Assembly (NCBI GenBank): GCA_030390025.1 | Contig: CM059434.1 | Coordinates: forward strand, 60,326,001-60,390,000 | Reading direction: 5' to 3' | Source of the DNA: Squalus acanthias | Taxonomy: Eukaryota | Length of the DNA: 64,000 nucleotides | Part shown: piece after piece, positions 60,926 through 64,000 of the stretch | How positions within the stretch are numbered: position 1 is the first letter of the stretch | Layout: every line of letters starts with the position of its first letter | Position numbers and translations under genes: made by a program | The notes under the pieces: model-generated | The model's database searches: none | What the model was told of the DNA's origin: nothing | The model's input: the letters and a program-made list of their open reading frames with translations, nothing else

Positions 60926-63900
60926 ATGGCGGACACGAACGCAGTTTCCGTGAAACTGCCGGAGTTTTGGGAAAACCAGCCCGAAGCCTGGTTTCTCCAA
61001 GCTGAATCTTGCTTCCGGCTGCGAAACATCACCACAGATGGGACGAAGTACGACTATCTCGTCACATCACTCAGTAGCACCACAGTTTCGAAGGTTTGGA
61101 CAGCGCTGCAAAACCCACCAGAGGAAGGCAAGTACGCACATCTCAAGACAGCGCTCCTTAAAAAATTTACGGCCTCGGCATATCAGCGAAACTGCCACCT
61201 CCTCGACCTTCCAGGCCTTGGTGATGCCTCACCGTCAGACCTCCTCTCCCACATGCTGTCCCTCACCGACGAGAGCCCACCCGGATCCCTCTTCCGCATG
61301 CTGTTCATCCGCCAGCTCCCTCTCAGCAGCCGCCCAGCGATCGTGGCGTCCGGCCTCATGAACCTGGAAGCCCTGGCCGATGAGGCCGACAAGCTGCTGT
61401 CTGCTCACTCCAGCCGCGACATCACTCCGGACCTGGCAGCCGATGCCTTGGCGCGCCCCTCACCGGCCACCACGCGGCCACAAGGGCCTGTCACCAGGCC
61501 CACGGGGCCTTCATGCCCCACTAACCCGGGCCACTGTTACTACCACGCACGGTTTGGCGCCAGGGCACAATGGTGAACACCTCCCTGCTCTTTCAAGTCC
61601 GCCCCCGTACCAGCCCCCGCGATGGCCGTGGGCCACGCGGGCTCCCTGCTGTTCGTCACGGATGACAAAACCGGCCGTCGGTTCCTGTGCGACACTGGGG
61701 CTCAGCACAGCATCATCCCGGCCTCCTCCCTCGACATCCAAAAGGGCGAACGAGGACCGGCGCTGGCTGCTAATAACGGCTCGGAAATCCGGACGTATGG
61801 CACCCGGACTGTCACCCTCGACCTCGCTGGTCGCCGCTACCGATGGGAGTTCATCACTGCCAAGGTGCTCTCCCCTCTCATCGGCGCAGATTTCCTGTGC
61901 GCCCACGGCCTACTGGTAGGTTTCCCCCGTCACCGCCTCGTGGACATGAACACCATGTCCCCCATCCTGGGCGCCATGGCCCCCCGTCAACCCGCCGACA
62001 TGGCGTCACAATGCCACGCCCGGGCCACGGATGACTACTCGGCACTCCTGGCCGAATTCCTGGCCCTTACCAATCCGACCTTCTCCGCGGAGGCCGCCAA
62101 ACACAGGGTGGAACACTTCATCCCCACCACAGGCCCCCCAGTGTACATCCATGCCCGCAGGCTGGACCCGTCCAAACTGGAGATCGCGCGGACCGAGTTT
62201 GCCACCATGGAACAGCTCGGCATCATCCGCCGCTCCAACAGTCCCTGGGCCTCCCCACTCCACATCGCCCCCAAACCAGGCGGAGGTTGGCGCCCCTGCG
62301 GGGATTACCGCCGCCTCAACGACGCCACCACCCCTGATTGGTACCCCGTACCGCACATTCAGGACTTCTCGGCTAGACTGGCCGGCCGCACAGTCTTTTC
62401 CAAGGTCGACTTGGTGCGCGGCTACCACCAAGTCCCCATCCACCCCGCGGACGTCCCCAAGACGGCTGTAATCACCCCCTTCGGCCTGTTCAAGTTCCTG
62501 CGGATGCCCTTCGGCCTCAAAAACGCGGCCCAGGCATTCCAACGGCTCATGGACTCGGTCCTTCGGGACCTGTAGTTTCTGTTCGTCTACCTGGACGACA
62601 TCCTGGTAGCCAGTTCCTCCAAGCAGGAACACCTCGAACACCTTCGCATCCTGTTCGGGCGCCTCAGCGACCACGGGCTCATCCTCAGCCCAGCCAAATG
62701 CCAGTTCGGCCTGGACAAGATCGACTTCCTCGGCCACCACATCACCCATGCTGGGGCCATTCCCCTGCCCACCAAGGTGCAGGCCGTCCAACAATTTCCC
62801 CGCCCCACCACCCTCATGAGGCCCCTGTATGAAGCCCTCCGAGGCAGGAGCGGCAAGATGGCAGTCGAATGGACGGCAGACGCATCCGCCGCCTTCGACT
62901 CCACCAAGACCGTGCTTGCCAACGCCACCCTGCTCGCGCACCCACGGCCCAATGCCAGGGTAGCGCTCACCACGGACGCCTCCGACCACGCGGTCGGCGC
63001 CGTGTATGAGCAGTGGGTCGACGGCACCTGGCAACCACTTGCCTTCTTCAGCCGCCAACTACGCCCCCCGGAGGTCAAGTACAGCACCTTCGACCGCGAG
63101 CTCCTCGCGTTGTTCCTGGCGGTCCGCCATTTCCGGTTTTTGCTTGAGGGCCACCCCTTCACTGCGTTTGTCGACCACAAGCCCCTGACATTCGCAATGG
63201 CAAAGACAACCGACCCCTGGTCTGCCAGGCAGCAGCGCCAGCTCGCGGCAGTGTCCGAGTTCACCACGGACATCCAACACGTCTCCAGCCGAGACAATGT
63301 GGTAGCCGAATGCCTCTCCCGCCCCGCCATCCACGCCGCACACCTGGCAGTCGACTACGCTCAACTCGCAGCAGACCAGATCACCGACCCTGATCTGCTC
63401 TCCGCACCCACCAACCTACCAGAGCTACGCCTGGCCGACGTCGCCTGTGGCCCGACTGCAGTCATGGTCAAGTGCGACATATCCCTATGTCAACCTCGGC
63501 CCGTCGTCCCAGCGTCCTGGCGCCGCCGGGTATTCGACATTCTCCACAACCTCTCCCACCCCGGCGCCGGCGCATCCATCAAATTGGTAGCCAACCGCTT
63601 CGTCTGGCGCGACCTTCGCAAGGATGTGCGTACTTGGGCCAACTCCTGCCTAGCCTGCCAACGGGCCAAGGTACAGCAACACACGAAAGCACCCCTCGAG
63701 GAGTTTACCGTCCCCTCGCGGAGATTCGACCACATCCACGTGGACATCATCAGGCCCCTGCCGCCGTCGCAAGGCCACACGCACTTGCTGACCATCGTTG
63801 ACCGCACCACACGCTGGCCCGAGGCAATTCCACTGACCTCTACCACCACCGCCGACATCGCCAGAGCCTTCGTCAGCACCTGGGTCGCACGGTTCGGCGT

Positions 63901-64000
63901 CCCCTCCGACATGATGTCGGACAGAGGTCCGCAATTTACCTCTGAACTCTGGACTGCCGTCGCACGCAATCTCGGGGTGACCATTCACCGCACCACAGCG
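60926..64000 (+). pseudogene. Ty3/Gypsy gag-pol (Gag-PR-RT-RNaseH-IN), single frame with two premature stops; runs off the window
   Basis: Gag VKLPEFW and CYYHARFG; protease FLCDTGA; RT WASPL...VYLDD; RNase H TDAS...ELLA...DHKPL; integrase HHCC, HVDI and SDRG. Stops at 61574 and 62573. Confidence 0.95.

Noticed and set aside
62006-63988. Long antisense ORFs (350, 247 and 164 aa)
   Set aside because: These are shadow ORFs of the GC-rich Gypsy pol frame.

Overview
This is eukaryotic, repeat-dense DNA, most likely from a shark or other cartilaginous fish. That assignment is inferred from the repeat repertoire: DeuSINE/SacSINE1-like SINEs, CR1, L2, Penelope and PIF/Harbinger families. Most ORFs in the supplied track are spurious or derived from transposons. 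The window contains about 15 tRNA-head Deu-type SINE copies and many CR1, L2 and FADD-type LINE fragments. It also holds a 5'-truncated Penelope element with nested insertions, several non-autonomous Harbinger derivatives and MITEs, hAT MITEs, three minisatellites, and a near-intact Ty3/Gypsy element that runs off the right edge. A few candidate exons of an unidentified host gene are present at low confidence. The main highlights are: (1) a 1.9-kb hAT-type element with TIRs and a perfect 8-bp TSD that carries genomic exon 1 plus the splice donor of TPP2, i.e. Pack-TIR-type gene capture; (2) a family of very short, TSD-flanked insertions carrying a Penelope-type minimal hammerhead ribozyme, one of which is a 168-bp palindrome with a ribozyme core on each strand; (3) Harbinger derivatives that keep the Myb/SANT gene while the transposase has collapsed to an N-terminal/C-terminal fusion. 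All family and protein assignments come from recognising motifs by eye; no database search was run.
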